64,000 nucleotides of DNA from a virus. Numbering within the stretch: position 1 is the first letter of the stretch; each line of letters begins with the position of its first letter. Shown here piece by piece: positions 1 to 8,911 of this stretch. Location: the IMG/VR virus record IMGVR_UViG_3300021964_006878, positions 1-64,000 of that record; one strand, written 5' to 3'. The notes below the pieces were generated by a model. The model searched no databases. It saw nothing but the letters and a program-made list of their open reading frames with translations, and had not been told where the DNA came from. The translations under genes were made by a program, and so were the position numbers.

Positions 1-504
1 TGGTACAGAAGTTCCATTAAAATTCAGAACACCGGATGAATAATCAAAGAACCAGGTATCATTAGAACCAGAACCAGCAGAAGATAACTGAACACCACCA
101 GAATTTGGATCTCCTTTATATACTTTGACGATATAATCTGCACCAAATGATGTATCAATCCAATTTCCAAGGATTTCAGTTGATGTATTATTATACGTTG
201 AGTATGCTATGAATGTTCTATTACCAGAAATCGTGCTATCAGCAGTCATCTGATGACCAGAAGTTCCTGCCAGGTATACCTGAACAGTAGCACCTGTTGA
301 ACCAGGTGGTGTTGTTGGAATCAGAGAACTATCTGACCATATATTTGTTGCGGGAACAACCAATGGCGATGGAATTGCTTCGCCAAATGGTGCCTTTTTG
401 GTGCCTGTGAGACTACTTTCATCTTCCGCAATACCAGTCTTGGATGCTACGTATCCAATTTTCTTTAAGAGAAAGTCTACCTTTTGTTCTTGTGATGCTG
501 CCAC
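1..504 (-). CDS. Virion structural/tail fibre-associated protein, N-terminal part (runs off the window edge)
   Basis: GTG start at 504 after AGAGG; open frame (M)AASQEQKVDFLLKKIGYVASKTGIAEDE...; directly follows the 522-2396 gene. Confidence 0.7.
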   Translation of the reverse strand, partial: MAASQEQKVDFLLKKIGYVASKTGIAEDESSLTGTKKAPFGEAIPSPLVVPATNIWSDSSLIPTTPPGSTGATVQVYLAGTSGHQMTADSTISGNRTFIAYSTYNNTSTEILGNWIDTSFGADYIVKVYKGDPNSGGVQLSSAGSGSNDTWFFDYSSGVLNFNGTSVP

Positions 505-521
505 TGTTTATACCTCTCTTA

Positions 522-2396
522 TTAAGTTGCGGAGAATGACATAGCGGTGATAGAATCACCTGAGTCTAATCGCCATCGGATTAGAATTCTATTGTTGCTA
601 TCGTTTGATGATGATTCAGTTCCAAATACAGAAGTAAATGTTCCGCTAGAACCACTCATATTTCCACCAGAGGCACATCCAGGTTCTGCTGATGTTGGAA
701 TACCAGAACCACGATATGCTGTGAACATACTTGCCCAACCATTTGTTCCAGACAAGGATGAAGTCCATGCAGAGTTATCAGGTAGGCAGACCCAACATCC
801 TCCATAAGAACCAGTCACCGAAATATTGAACTGGGAGACATTTGAGCGAATCAGTTCCATCTGAAAGTATTGTGCTCCACTTCTACCGGAAGAATAATCA
901 GGACCAGCAGGAAGATACCCAGTTGAATAATTGGTTTGGTCATGTCTTAACACTGCTCCTCTCACAACCGCTTCATAGGAAGCAACTTGAGTGCTTGAGG
1001 ACCAGGCAGTATAAACCGGAGTTGGGTTGTCTCCAGTCGCTCCTGCATTGACCCTATCGGCATTACCAGACCCAGTACCGAGTGAAGTAATTAAAATGTT
1101 ATCTTCATCAATTTCATTGGTTCGGGCAGTGGTGCCCATAATATTGATATTTGTACTATAACTTATTCTTTGATTATTATGACTTCCGTAAGGAGTAGAG
1201 CAATCATATCTTGAGAAGTGATTTGATGTAAGTGTGAGGTGCAAATCTCTAACTGTATTTGTGATTACACAGTCAGTACCTGTTCCAACACCAAAGTTTC
1301 TGACTGGTGGGTTTGCTCCACCGAAGTCGGTATATGTTTTATCTCCTGGATTATTGAATCCAGATGTTTGACCGTCTGATGTTACGAATGTGTGATTACT
1401 ATACATATCACCAGTCGCATTAGTGACCGTCATTGTATAAGTGAAGTTATTTGCTGCTGCTTCTGTATAGTGAGGAACACCAGAAGAATAGTTAAGTGTT
1501 GGACTACTAGGTGCAGTGACTCCACTGAATGAAATTACTGGTGCTGAAACTGTGCTTGGATCTTCATACCAGAAAACATCTGCTGTATTATTTGACCCTT
1601 GATTGATATGTGCCTTATTATATCCGTCTGGTGATGCAGCATCAATTAATCTTGCGTCATAGACTTCATAAAATAGTGAAGTGATGCCTACATTTCTTGA
1701 AGAATCTGCTGCATCCTTATCATTTGCAATTTGCAATGCATCGTATGTTCCATTATCAGACTTGACTGCATAAAGTCCGAATGAGATATTGAGTGTTGTT
1801 GTTCCGACTCCAACTGCATTCACAAAACCGGTAACTGTTCCAGATTCACCAGGACCATATTCAGTGATGTAATTAGTCGTGACTGTGCTGTCAGTATTTC
1901 TCGTATATTGAGTTCCTGCTACCGGTGCTGCTCCTCCAGTATTATTGGTTGGTGTGAATCCTGCACAAAGTCTACCTACACCTGCTGTCCCAGTCAAAGA
2001 TAACGAAACACCATCAATATCATCTGGTTGCGGTGGAACAAGTTTTCCTAAAATATAGTTAAGTTCATCCACTGAGTCGTCAATTTTATGATTTGCTGCT
2101 GGTGTATATGCTCCTCCTCTAAAACTACCAGAGGTTGGAGTGCCGAGAGTTAAATTTCCACCTTCTCCATGAAAATTAGTTGCTGTTACAACCCCCACAT
2201 ATTGTATTGCTCCCCCACCAAATGACTCCTTCCAAGGAGTTAAAAGCGTAATGGTGGTTCCAATTCCAACTCCACCTGTATCTCTTTCTGCAAACAGGTG
2301 ACCATCAAAAAAGTTAATTGCTAATTCGCCTTTCTGTAATTCGTCGGGACGTTTCCCGGTCACAGAAGACCTCTTTAACCTAAAAGGTGTTGCCAT
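522..2396 (-). CDS. Tail fibre/virion structural protein (624 aa, G/S/T-rich)
   Basis: N-terminus MATPFRLKRSSVTGKRP..GELAINFFDG is typical of cyanomyophage fibre proteins; beta-rich body. Confidence 0.65.
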   Translation of the reverse strand: MATPFRLKRSSVTGKRPDELQKGELAINFFDGHLFAERDTGGVGIGTTITLLTPWKESFGGGAIQYVGVVTATNFHGEGGNLTLGTPTSGSFRGGAYTPAANHKIDDSVDELNYILGKLVPPQPDDIDGVSLSLTGTAGVGRLCAGFTPTNNTGGAAPVAGTQYTRNTDSTVTTNYITEYGPGESGTVTGFVNAVGVGTTTLNISFGLYAVKSDNGTYDALQIANDKDAADSSRNVGITSLFYEVYDARLIDAASPDGYNKAHINQGSNNTADVFWYEDPSTVSAPVISFSGVTAPSSPTLNYSSGVPHYTEAAANNFTYTMTVTNATGDMYSNHTFVTSDGQTSGFNNPGDKTYTDFGGANPPVRNFGVGTGTDCVITNTVRDLHLTLTSNHFSRYDCSTPYGSHNNQRISYSTNINIMGTTARTNEIDEDNILITSLGTGSGNADRVNAGATGDNPTPVYTAWSSSTQVASYEAVVRGAVLRHDQTNYSTGYLPAGPDYSSGRSGAQYFQMELIRSNVSQFNISVTGSYGGCWVCLPDNSAWTSSLSGTNGWASMFTAYRGSGIPTSAEPGCASGGNMSGSSGTFTSVFGTESSSNDSNNRILIRWRLDSGDSITAMSFSAT

Positions 2397-2417
2397 TTAT
2401 TCTACTCGGTATATACC

Positions 2418-2447
2418 AAAAAAGGAGACTTATATAAGTCTCCTTTT
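2418..2447. terminator. Bidirectional intrinsic terminator-like hairpin
   Basis: AAAAAAGGAGACT-TATATA-AGTCTCCTTTT. Confidence 0.7.
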
Positions 2448-2449
2448 AT

Positions 2450-2620
2450 TTATCCTTCTTCTTGGTTGCCTTCCCCAACCATTGTGAGTGCTTCAATTGC
2501 ACCTTGAATTTTGAGGTATTGTTCTTTTTTTACATTGAACTGTTTTTCTAGGTCAAGTAACTCTGTTCTGAGTTCTGCTTCTTGTGAATTTAATTCTTCA
2601 AGCATCATTTCTGGATCCAT
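2450..2620 (-). CDS. Small coiled-coil protein (56 aa)
   Basis: Manual translation MDPEMMLEELNSQEAELRTELLDLEKQFNVKKEQYLKIQGAIEALTMVGEGNQEEG. Confidence 0.7.
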   Translation of the reverse strand: MDPEMMLEELNSQEAELRTELLDLEKQFNVKKEQYLKIQGAIEALTMVGEGNQEEG

Positions 2621-2679
2621 ATATCTTAAATAGTAATGGTAACTTATTTATTCTACACTAAATACTAGAAAAAGTCAAA

Positions 2680-4851
2680 ATGGCATCGCAAAGAAAGATT
2701 TTCAAAAGAGTTGGTTTACGAAGAGATAAGAATTTCTCAGACCTTTCTGATTCAACACTTGCATTGAACAATTTGCTTGATACACTTGTTGATAGTGTTG
2801 ATGCGACTTTTATATCTGAAGATTTAGACGCAATTCGTAATATTTTTTCATCAGGACTAACTCAAAGTGAGTATAGGGAGTTTATTGGTAGTGCTGTAGA
2901 AGAAACTGATATTAATGGTATCAATGTTGGAGTTGTGCCTAGAATTACGTATCAGAATCGTTTAGATAAATTTCAAGTTTCTTCTGGAACTCCTAGACTT
3001 AATGGTGGTAATGGTCTTACCGCCAAATATTTTAACGCAGACCAAGTTCAAAATACCACAGATGTTTTTACTGGGATTACCACTGGAGGTTCAATTCCAA
3101 GTGATACTTTTTGGGAAGCTGGAAACTTTGAATATACAGCAAAAATCCACCCACAATCAGTAAATACTGCTGGTGGAGTTCAATGGGAAGGTTTCTTCGT
3201 TCCAGCACAAACCGGTGTTTACAGATTTACTTCAAGTGGTAGTTTAGGGTTTACTGCTGATTTTCAAACCGAAGGATATACGTCTGGTATCAACACATAT
3301 ACAGAATATTCTAGAGTTCTACTATCCAAATCAACTACTGGGACAACTGAGGGTACTACATTAGTTGTAATTCCAGCAGGAGATGTGAAAAATATTGGAA
3401 TTGGTATGACTGCATCTGGTTCTGGAATTCGTACAGGTTCTATAGTAAGTGGAATAGGAAACACTGGAATAATTACACTTGAAAACCCAGATGGAGACCC
3501 GATTACATCTATTGCTACTGGTGCTATTAATTTTACTAGAGAAGCAGGAACTTCGGTTTCAAGTAATTTTGATACCTATACATTAGAAAAGTTTGAACAA
3601 TATAGAATTAGATTTAGATTCTTCGTTCCGGTTGGAGTTCCTAGTTTAGGAGTTGATAAAGCAATGGCATTTCTTTTTCTACCTCCAGGTGCTACTAGCA
3701 GTTCATATCTACGATATAATAACTTATATTCATTAGATTATGATTTTTCAGAACCAGCAAAGGGTAGTTTTAATAAATTCCTAGACCAATCTATATTATT
3801 TGGCGGTGGTCTTATTGGTGGAACAAGTAGTAGTGGATATGTAAAAGTTAAATCAACTAAAAAAATTGATATTAAATATGTCCCCAAAACAAACTATGCG
3901 GGAATCTTAAGAAAAACTTTCACAGCAAGTTGGAGTACAGGATCTAAAGTTATATCATTGAGTGATACTACAAATATTGAAATTGGAAATTATCTTTTTG
4001 CATCGGGATTAACATCAAATGTAAATATACCGGTTCGTGTGATTGACATTGTAATCAATGATTTTATTATTATTGACACTGCAACAACTGGTAGTGGTTC
4101 AAATGCTACTATTAATGCTATCAATCATCGTGGTTTTGTTAAAAGAGTTACAGCAAGTTCTAGTGCTGGAACAGTTACTATTAGTAATGGAAATACCAAT
4201 GACCTTAAAAGTAAACAACTTGCAATATGGGATGGGGTTTCACAATATACTGGAATTACTACTAATGGTTCTTCCAATCAAGTAACTCTTTCCCCATCTT
4301 CGGGATTTGGTACTAGAGCACTTTACTTTTATGAATCTAGAGGTCTGATTGATAAAGCATTAAATTCTTTCTGTGTTCCTACTCAGACGCAATGTATATT
4401 AGTAACTACCGCAGCAACAGCAGGTGATACAACACTAACAGTTGAAAGTGTTGCAGGAGCAATCGCACAAGGTTGGGTGATTCAAGGATTCCCATTTGCA
4501 TCAGGAACAACAATTTCTTCAATTGTAGGCAATACAATTACTCTAAGCACAGGAATTACTAAAAACATTAATCCTGGTTCTAATTTTACTGTTACAAATT
4601 CTGGAGGTGATAGATCACTATGCTGTCCTCCAACAGATACATCACCACCATTTAACCCAACTGAAGAAGGATTAGAAACAACCACATCATCACCAAACCT
4701 TGAAATTGTTGGTGGTAATGTTAAATTTGATGCACTTAATGCAACTATAAATCCATCTAAAATATCATTATACTCTTCTACAGACAAATCTAATAATAGA
4801 TTGCAACTAAAAGGTGGTGACGGAATCACATACAATATCTTATGTGTCTAA
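2680..4851 (+). CDS. Virion/fibre protein with PA14-like carbohydrate-binding domain (723 aa)
   Basis: GNGLTAKYFN...GGVQWEGFFVPAQTGVYRF is PA14-like; late-type CTAAATA upstream; inverted relative to its neighbours. Confidence 0.65.
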   Translation: MASQRKIFKRVGLRRDKNFSDLSDSTLALNNLLDTLVDSVDATFISEDLDAIRNIFSSGLTQSEYREFIGSAVEETDINGINVGVVPRITYQNRLDKFQVSSGTPRLNGGNGLTAKYFNADQVQNTTDVFTGITTGGSIPSDTFWEAGNFEYTAKIHPQSVNTAGGVQWEGFFVPAQTGVYRFTSSGSLGFTADFQTEGYTSGINTYTEYSRVLLSKSTTGTTEGTTLVVIPAGDVKNIGIGMTASGSGIRTGSIVSGIGNTGIITLENPDGDPITSIATGAINFTREAGTSVSSNFDTYTLEKFEQYRIRFRFFVPVGVPSLGVDKAMAFLFLPPGATSSSYLRYNNLYSLDYDFSEPAKGSFNKFLDQSILFGGGLIGGTSSSGYVKVKSTKKIDIKYVPKTNYAGILRKTFTASWSTGSKVISLSDTTNIEIGNYLFASGLTSNVNIPVRVIDIVINDFIIIDTATTGSGSNATINAINHRGFVKRVTASSSAGTVTISNGNTNDLKSKQLAIWDGVSQYTGITTNGSSNQVTLSPSSGFGTRALYFYESRGLIDKALNSFCVPTQTQCILVTTAATAGDTTLTVESVAGAIAQGWVIQGFPFASGTTISSIVGNTITLSTGITKNINPGSNFTVTNSGGDRSLCCPPTDTSPPFNPTEEGLETTTSSPNLEIVGGNVKFDALNATINPSKISLYSSTDKSNNRLQLKGGDGITYNILCV

Positions 4852-4930
4852 ATTCTAAAAAAGGTCTGGAGTGAATTTTTGCCCAGACTTTTTTTTCGAC
4901 CTTTTTTTGAATTAAAAAGGCATTTTGGTT
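4851..4930. repeat. Dispersed ~80-bp A-tract/palindromic element, copy A (probably also a bidirectional terminator between convergent genes)
   Basis: AAAAAAGGTCTGG..TGAATTTTT.CCCAGA.TTTTTTTTCGACCTTTTTT; near-identical copy at 23747-23826. Confidence 0.8.
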
Positions 4931-6135
4931 CAGGGAGTCATTAACAGGTAGTATGTCTCTCCATTGATTGTGACTGGAACTTTATGAGTGAAAGATTCTA
5001 TATCTACTTCTGAGCCTGCTATTTGACTCGTCCCTGTAATTGTAATATCACTTGCAAATAAAAGTTCTCCTACCGTAACTTCTTCACTATCAGTTTTTAA
5101 ATTAGTTCCATCAATTGTCCATGGATTATTATCGGTTGAAAATGCACGAGTCTCTCCGATAAAAATACCTGGAGATTGTGCATCATCAAGTGCTGAACTA
5201 GTAGTATTAAATTGACCGGGATCAAATAAATTAACAGTTCCTTCAAATTTTATTTCATCATCTGTGGTTGTATTGTCTGTACCTTTATATTTTTTAGTAA
5301 TAAAATAACCAGCATTCTCAACATTTGCTTGAGTAGATTCAAATACATCATTAATTGAACCACTTAAGTAACTGCCAAATTCCTCATTGTCTTGGATATC
5401 TGGTCTTGTAAAATTAATTAAATTCTGTTGATGGACAAGTTCTTTTCTAATAAAATCAAATTGTGATGGAGTTGATGTTATATTAATCGTGCTTATGCCA
5501 GCAGTGCTGCTATTAAATGATAACTTAAATTTGGTTTCAGAATCAGAATTGCATATGAAATATTCAGTGCCAGGACTTAGAGTTGTTGAACCTACACTTA
5601 CAGATTCACTTACAGTAACAACATCATCTTTTGTATATACAAACTGGGTTCCTGATTTAAATGTTATCTTTGCATTGGTCAAATCACTTGAAGGTGCAGC
5701 ACTATTAAAGAGCACATTATCTACTTTATATGTAAAGAATGTTCCTCCTGCTCCTATGGTTTGTGTAGTAAACTGACCATTGAAAATTGTTGATGCTGTT
5801 CCTGCTGTAGTTACATTTTCAAGTATAACAAGTTCCCCACGATATGTATTATAAGGAACTGTTGTTGTTACAGTGACTAAACTAGAATTATCATCAAAAG
5901 GTATTGATTTAATCGAATCTATATTCAGAACTTTATCCGAATTAAAAATAAATTCATCAGTAGTTAAATTTACGGAATTGAATGCTAGATAAGAAGTATT
6001 TCTTAGATTATTTTGAATAACTCTCAGGTCACCAGCGATTCCAACCCCACCCAGATTACTTAATGACAGAACGTCATTTGTGTTTTCTTCAAAGTTTAGA
6101 TCTCTTCTAAATCCTTGGTTCTGCTTTACTGCCAT
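4930..6135 (-). CDS. Virion/fibre-associated protein (401 aa)
   Basis: Long ORF; shares its N-terminal GFRRDLNF..LSNL and C-terminal THKVPVTING motifs with neighbours. Confidence 0.6.
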   Translation of the reverse strand: MAVKQNQGFRRDLNFEENTNDVLSLSNLGGVGIAGDLRVIQNNLRNTSYLAFNSVNLTTDEFIFNSDKVLNIDSIKSIPFDDNSSLVTVTTTVPYNTYRGELVILENVTTAGTASTIFNGQFTTQTIGAGGTFFTYKVDNVLFNSAAPSSDLTNAKITFKSGTQFVYTKDDVVTVSESVSVGSTTLSPGTEYFICNSDSETKFKLSFNSSTAGISTINITSTPSQFDFIRKELVHQQNLINFTRPDIQDNEEFGSYLSGSINDVFESTQANVENAGYFITKKYKGTDNTTTDDEIKFEGTVNLFDPGQFNTTSSALDDAQSPGIFIGETRAFSTDNNPWTIDGTNLKTDSEEVTVGELLFASDITITGTSQIAGSEVDIESFTHKVPVTINGETYYLLMTP

Positions 6136-6141
6136 TGTTTT

Positions 6142-8616
6142 TTAATCGTGAGTGACGTTCCAACCTTTTGATCTCAAAATTGTGATAAATTCTAAACCAA
6201 TTTCACTAGGTGGTCCATTTCCACGAAGATTTATTGTAACTCCTCTACGATTTACGGATACCCAGTTATCGTATAAATCTTCAAGTAATTGGTCAATTGC
6301 TTGTTGTGATAAAGAATTATCAGATAAATCTATATATCTGATGTAATATAATTCCTTGAATGCTCCTGTCTTATATCCAGTAAATTGATTATTAGACATA
6401 ATCAAATAATACAATCTAGGACATTCACTAAGGTCAGGAATTGCTCCAGTAATCTGATTATTATGAACGTAAAGGTATCTTAAAGCAGGTAAGTTTTCAA
6501 ATTTACCAATTCCGGTAAACTTATTATTTTGTAAAGCTAGATAATAAAGTCTTGCAAGATTTTTATAAGTTGGAATTGCATTACTAAGTTGATTATTGTT
6601 AAATTGTACAAAATATATATTTTGATTTGCTGCTAGGTTTGGTACTGACCCAGTAAAAGCATTTTGAAACAATCTAAGGTATGTTAGATTGGGATTACCA
6701 GCAAAACTTGGAAGAGTTCCACTAGTTCTACCATAAGAACGATACCACAAATAATAAAGAGCACTAACATCTACAAAAGCATCAGGGTGAATTGCAGAAG
6801 TCAATAAATTTCCAGAATCTATATAAAGACCACTTAAATTTGTTGCAAATTGGAAAGTGTCTCTTGGGATTACAAAACTTTCATTTCCATTTGGAGCACC
6901 TCCCTTGATTCCAGTATATCGTAAGTCTAGACTTGTTAGATTGGGATTAGTAAATACTGGGAATCTGCTTCCTGATATACCACCTGCGGCATATAATCCA
7001 ATAGTTTTTAACTCACTGCATCCATCAAATCTATAATCAATACTATTTCCTCCCTCTAAATCAACTAGTTTTCCAAGACTTCTACCATATGATGCACTAA
7101 AAGATTCTAATGAATTTTTTCCCTGAGTTCCAGTAGGAAACGGTAATCCAGTTGACCCTATGTTTATAGATTTAATAACATTATTGCCCGGAGCGATTCC
7201 AAAAGTACTACTACCGAGATAATAATTACTAGCAAGGTTTAGTGTAACAAGATTTTCTAATTGATTTACATTGAATCTTGTTGTACCATCTGCAGTAAGG
7301 TCAATTGATCTAAAGTCATTTCTACGAATACTATAAGTTTCTACTGTAGACGCAACATTGGGAATAGTATTACTAGAATCTGTGGAGTCGGGATGGAAAT
7401 ATGCTCCACCACCTCTACCAACATCGAATACAGTCAACTGCTGAAATCTATCTGCAAATATATTTTGTGTAATAGAACCATAAAAAGTTCCTTCAAGATA
7501 TAACTGTTTAACTCCAGTAGGAATCTTGTCTAAGATGGTATTTGTTGTTGTTCCACTAGGTGTGGAAGTACTCTGTAATTTTCTTTCACTTTCAACTTCA
7601 CTCAAATAGAATGGATTTCTTCGTAAAAGTAATTCATTTATATTTGGTGCAACGAAATTAATATCAGGAAACTCTCTTAATGCATTATAAGAAAGTTCAA
7701 TTCTTGTTGCTGCTTGGAACTTGACTGGGGGGAGACTTCTAATATTTGCAGACGTAATACTAATTTCACGAATTCTATCGGGATTATAATAAAATTGTAT
7801 AAATCTTTCTCTAGAGATTGAAGATCTATACCTTATTGAAGATGTTGTTCCGCCTATATTTTTAAAATTTGAGTATCTGTTTGCGTTTCCTGTCTCAACA
7901 ATCTTCCAACTTGCAGGAGTATCATTAACTAAATTTGTTAATGTGATTGTTGCATTTAGATTCCTAAAGAAACCTTTGAATATAACAGGAATACCCTTCA
8001 TCGCATAAAGAGTTACTGTCTGACCACCAATGGTTGTTTGTACTTTATGAGTTGGAAATTCTGAAGGAAATTCTTTTTCCTGTGGTACAATAGAAGTCTG
8101 AAGTCTTGGTCCTGCAACAGTTGCTGTTCCGAATACTAATGAACCACCACTACGAATTCCAAGTCTTGCACCATATGATATTGGAGATGTAGATAGAACT
8201 GGACTTGCAGAAGAACTCCATGCACTAGTTCTTGAAGTTGAAATGTCTGCAATTTTAATGGTAGCACCACTACCAGTCCCATCAACATACCTATATCTAA
8301 TTGCATTACCACTCAATGAACCATTAATTTTTAAATTACCGAACAGAGAACCATCTGTTCCTGCTCTTTCTAAAAGTAAACCATTAAATTGACCCGAATC
8401 ACGATTTAATCTATCTAAAGTCTTATGGAGAGGGTCAACTAATCGTGAAAAACTAATCCAATCATTACGTGTTGCACCAGCATCACTTGAACCAAGAATT
8501 ATTTCTAGGTCTAAGGGTGGTAAATTGATATTTTGTAAAGATAAATTTTTATCCCTAACATCAGCAAAAGAACTGAGTACATTAAGACCAAATAATTTTG
8601 GATTTTTGATTGCCAT
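6142..8616 (-). CDS. Leucine-rich-repeat protein (824 aa), putative receptor-binding/virion protein
   Basis: Repeated LxxLxLxxNxxxGxIP units (LRYLYVHNNQITGAIPDL, LTYLRLFQNAFTGSVPNL) and a C-cap ending LRSKGWNV. Confidence 0.8.
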   Translation of the reverse strand: MAIKNPKLFGLNVLSSFADVRDKNLSLQNINLPPLDLEIILGSSDAGATRNDWISFSRLVDPLHKTLDRLNRDSGQFNGLLLERAGTDGSLFGNLKINGSLSGNAIRYRYVDGTGSGATIKIADISTSRTSAWSSSASPVLSTSPISYGARLGIRSGGSLVFGTATVAGPRLQTSIVPQEKEFPSEFPTHKVQTTIGGQTVTLYAMKGIPVIFKGFFRNLNATITLTNLVNDTPASWKIVETGNANRYSNFKNIGGTTSSIRYRSSISRERFIQFYYNPDRIREISITSANIRSLPPVKFQAATRIELSYNALREFPDINFVAPNINELLLRRNPFYLSEVESERKLQSTSTPSGTTTNTILDKIPTGVKQLYLEGTFYGSITQNIFADRFQQLTVFDVGRGGGAYFHPDSTDSSNTIPNVASTVETYSIRRNDFRSIDLTADGTTRFNVNQLENLVTLNLASNYYLGSSTFGIAPGNNVIKSINIGSTGLPFPTGTQGKNSLESFSASYGRSLGKLVDLEGGNSIDYRFDGCSELKTIGLYAAGGISGSRFPVFTNPNLTSLDLRYTGIKGGAPNGNESFVIPRDTFQFATNLSGLYIDSGNLLTSAIHPDAFVDVSALYYLWYRSYGRTSGTLPSFAGNPNLTYLRLFQNAFTGSVPNLAANQNIYFVQFNNNQLSNAIPTYKNLARLYYLALQNNKFTGIGKFENLPALRYLYVHNNQITGAIPDLSECPRLYYLIMSNNQFTGYKTGAFKELYYIRYIDLSDNSLSQQAIDQLLEDLYDNWVSVNRRGVTINLRGNGPPSEIGLEFITILRSKGWNVTHD

Positions 8617-8628
8617 GTATCTTTCCTA

Positions 8629-8880
8629 TTACCAAGTAGCGAGTGCGGATCTTTTCCAAGTGTTTGTTGCAACACAGACATATAGATAACTGGCATCATA
8701 ACGAATATCACCTGCGGTGCCACTACTAGTTGCAGAGGCAGGTGCAGAACCTTCTAATGTGATTTCACCAGTAACACCACTAACATCTATACTAAAACTA
8801 CCAGACAAAGTATCAGAATCACTAATCTCCTGAATTTGTTGAGCAGATGCATTTATAATAAGTGGTCTACGGTTTGCCAT
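8629..8880 (-). CDS. Small fibre-like protein (83 aa)
   Basis: C-terminal PASATSSGTAGDIRYDASYLYVCVATNTWKR is a common phage fibre-tip module. Confidence 0.65.
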   Translation of the reverse strand: MANRRPLIINASAQQIQEISDSDTLSGSFSIDVSGVTGEITLEGSAPASATSSGTAGDIRYDASYLYVCVATNTWKRSALATW

Positions 8881-8911
8881 TGTATAACCTAGAGTTTCTT
8901 TCTTTTATTTA

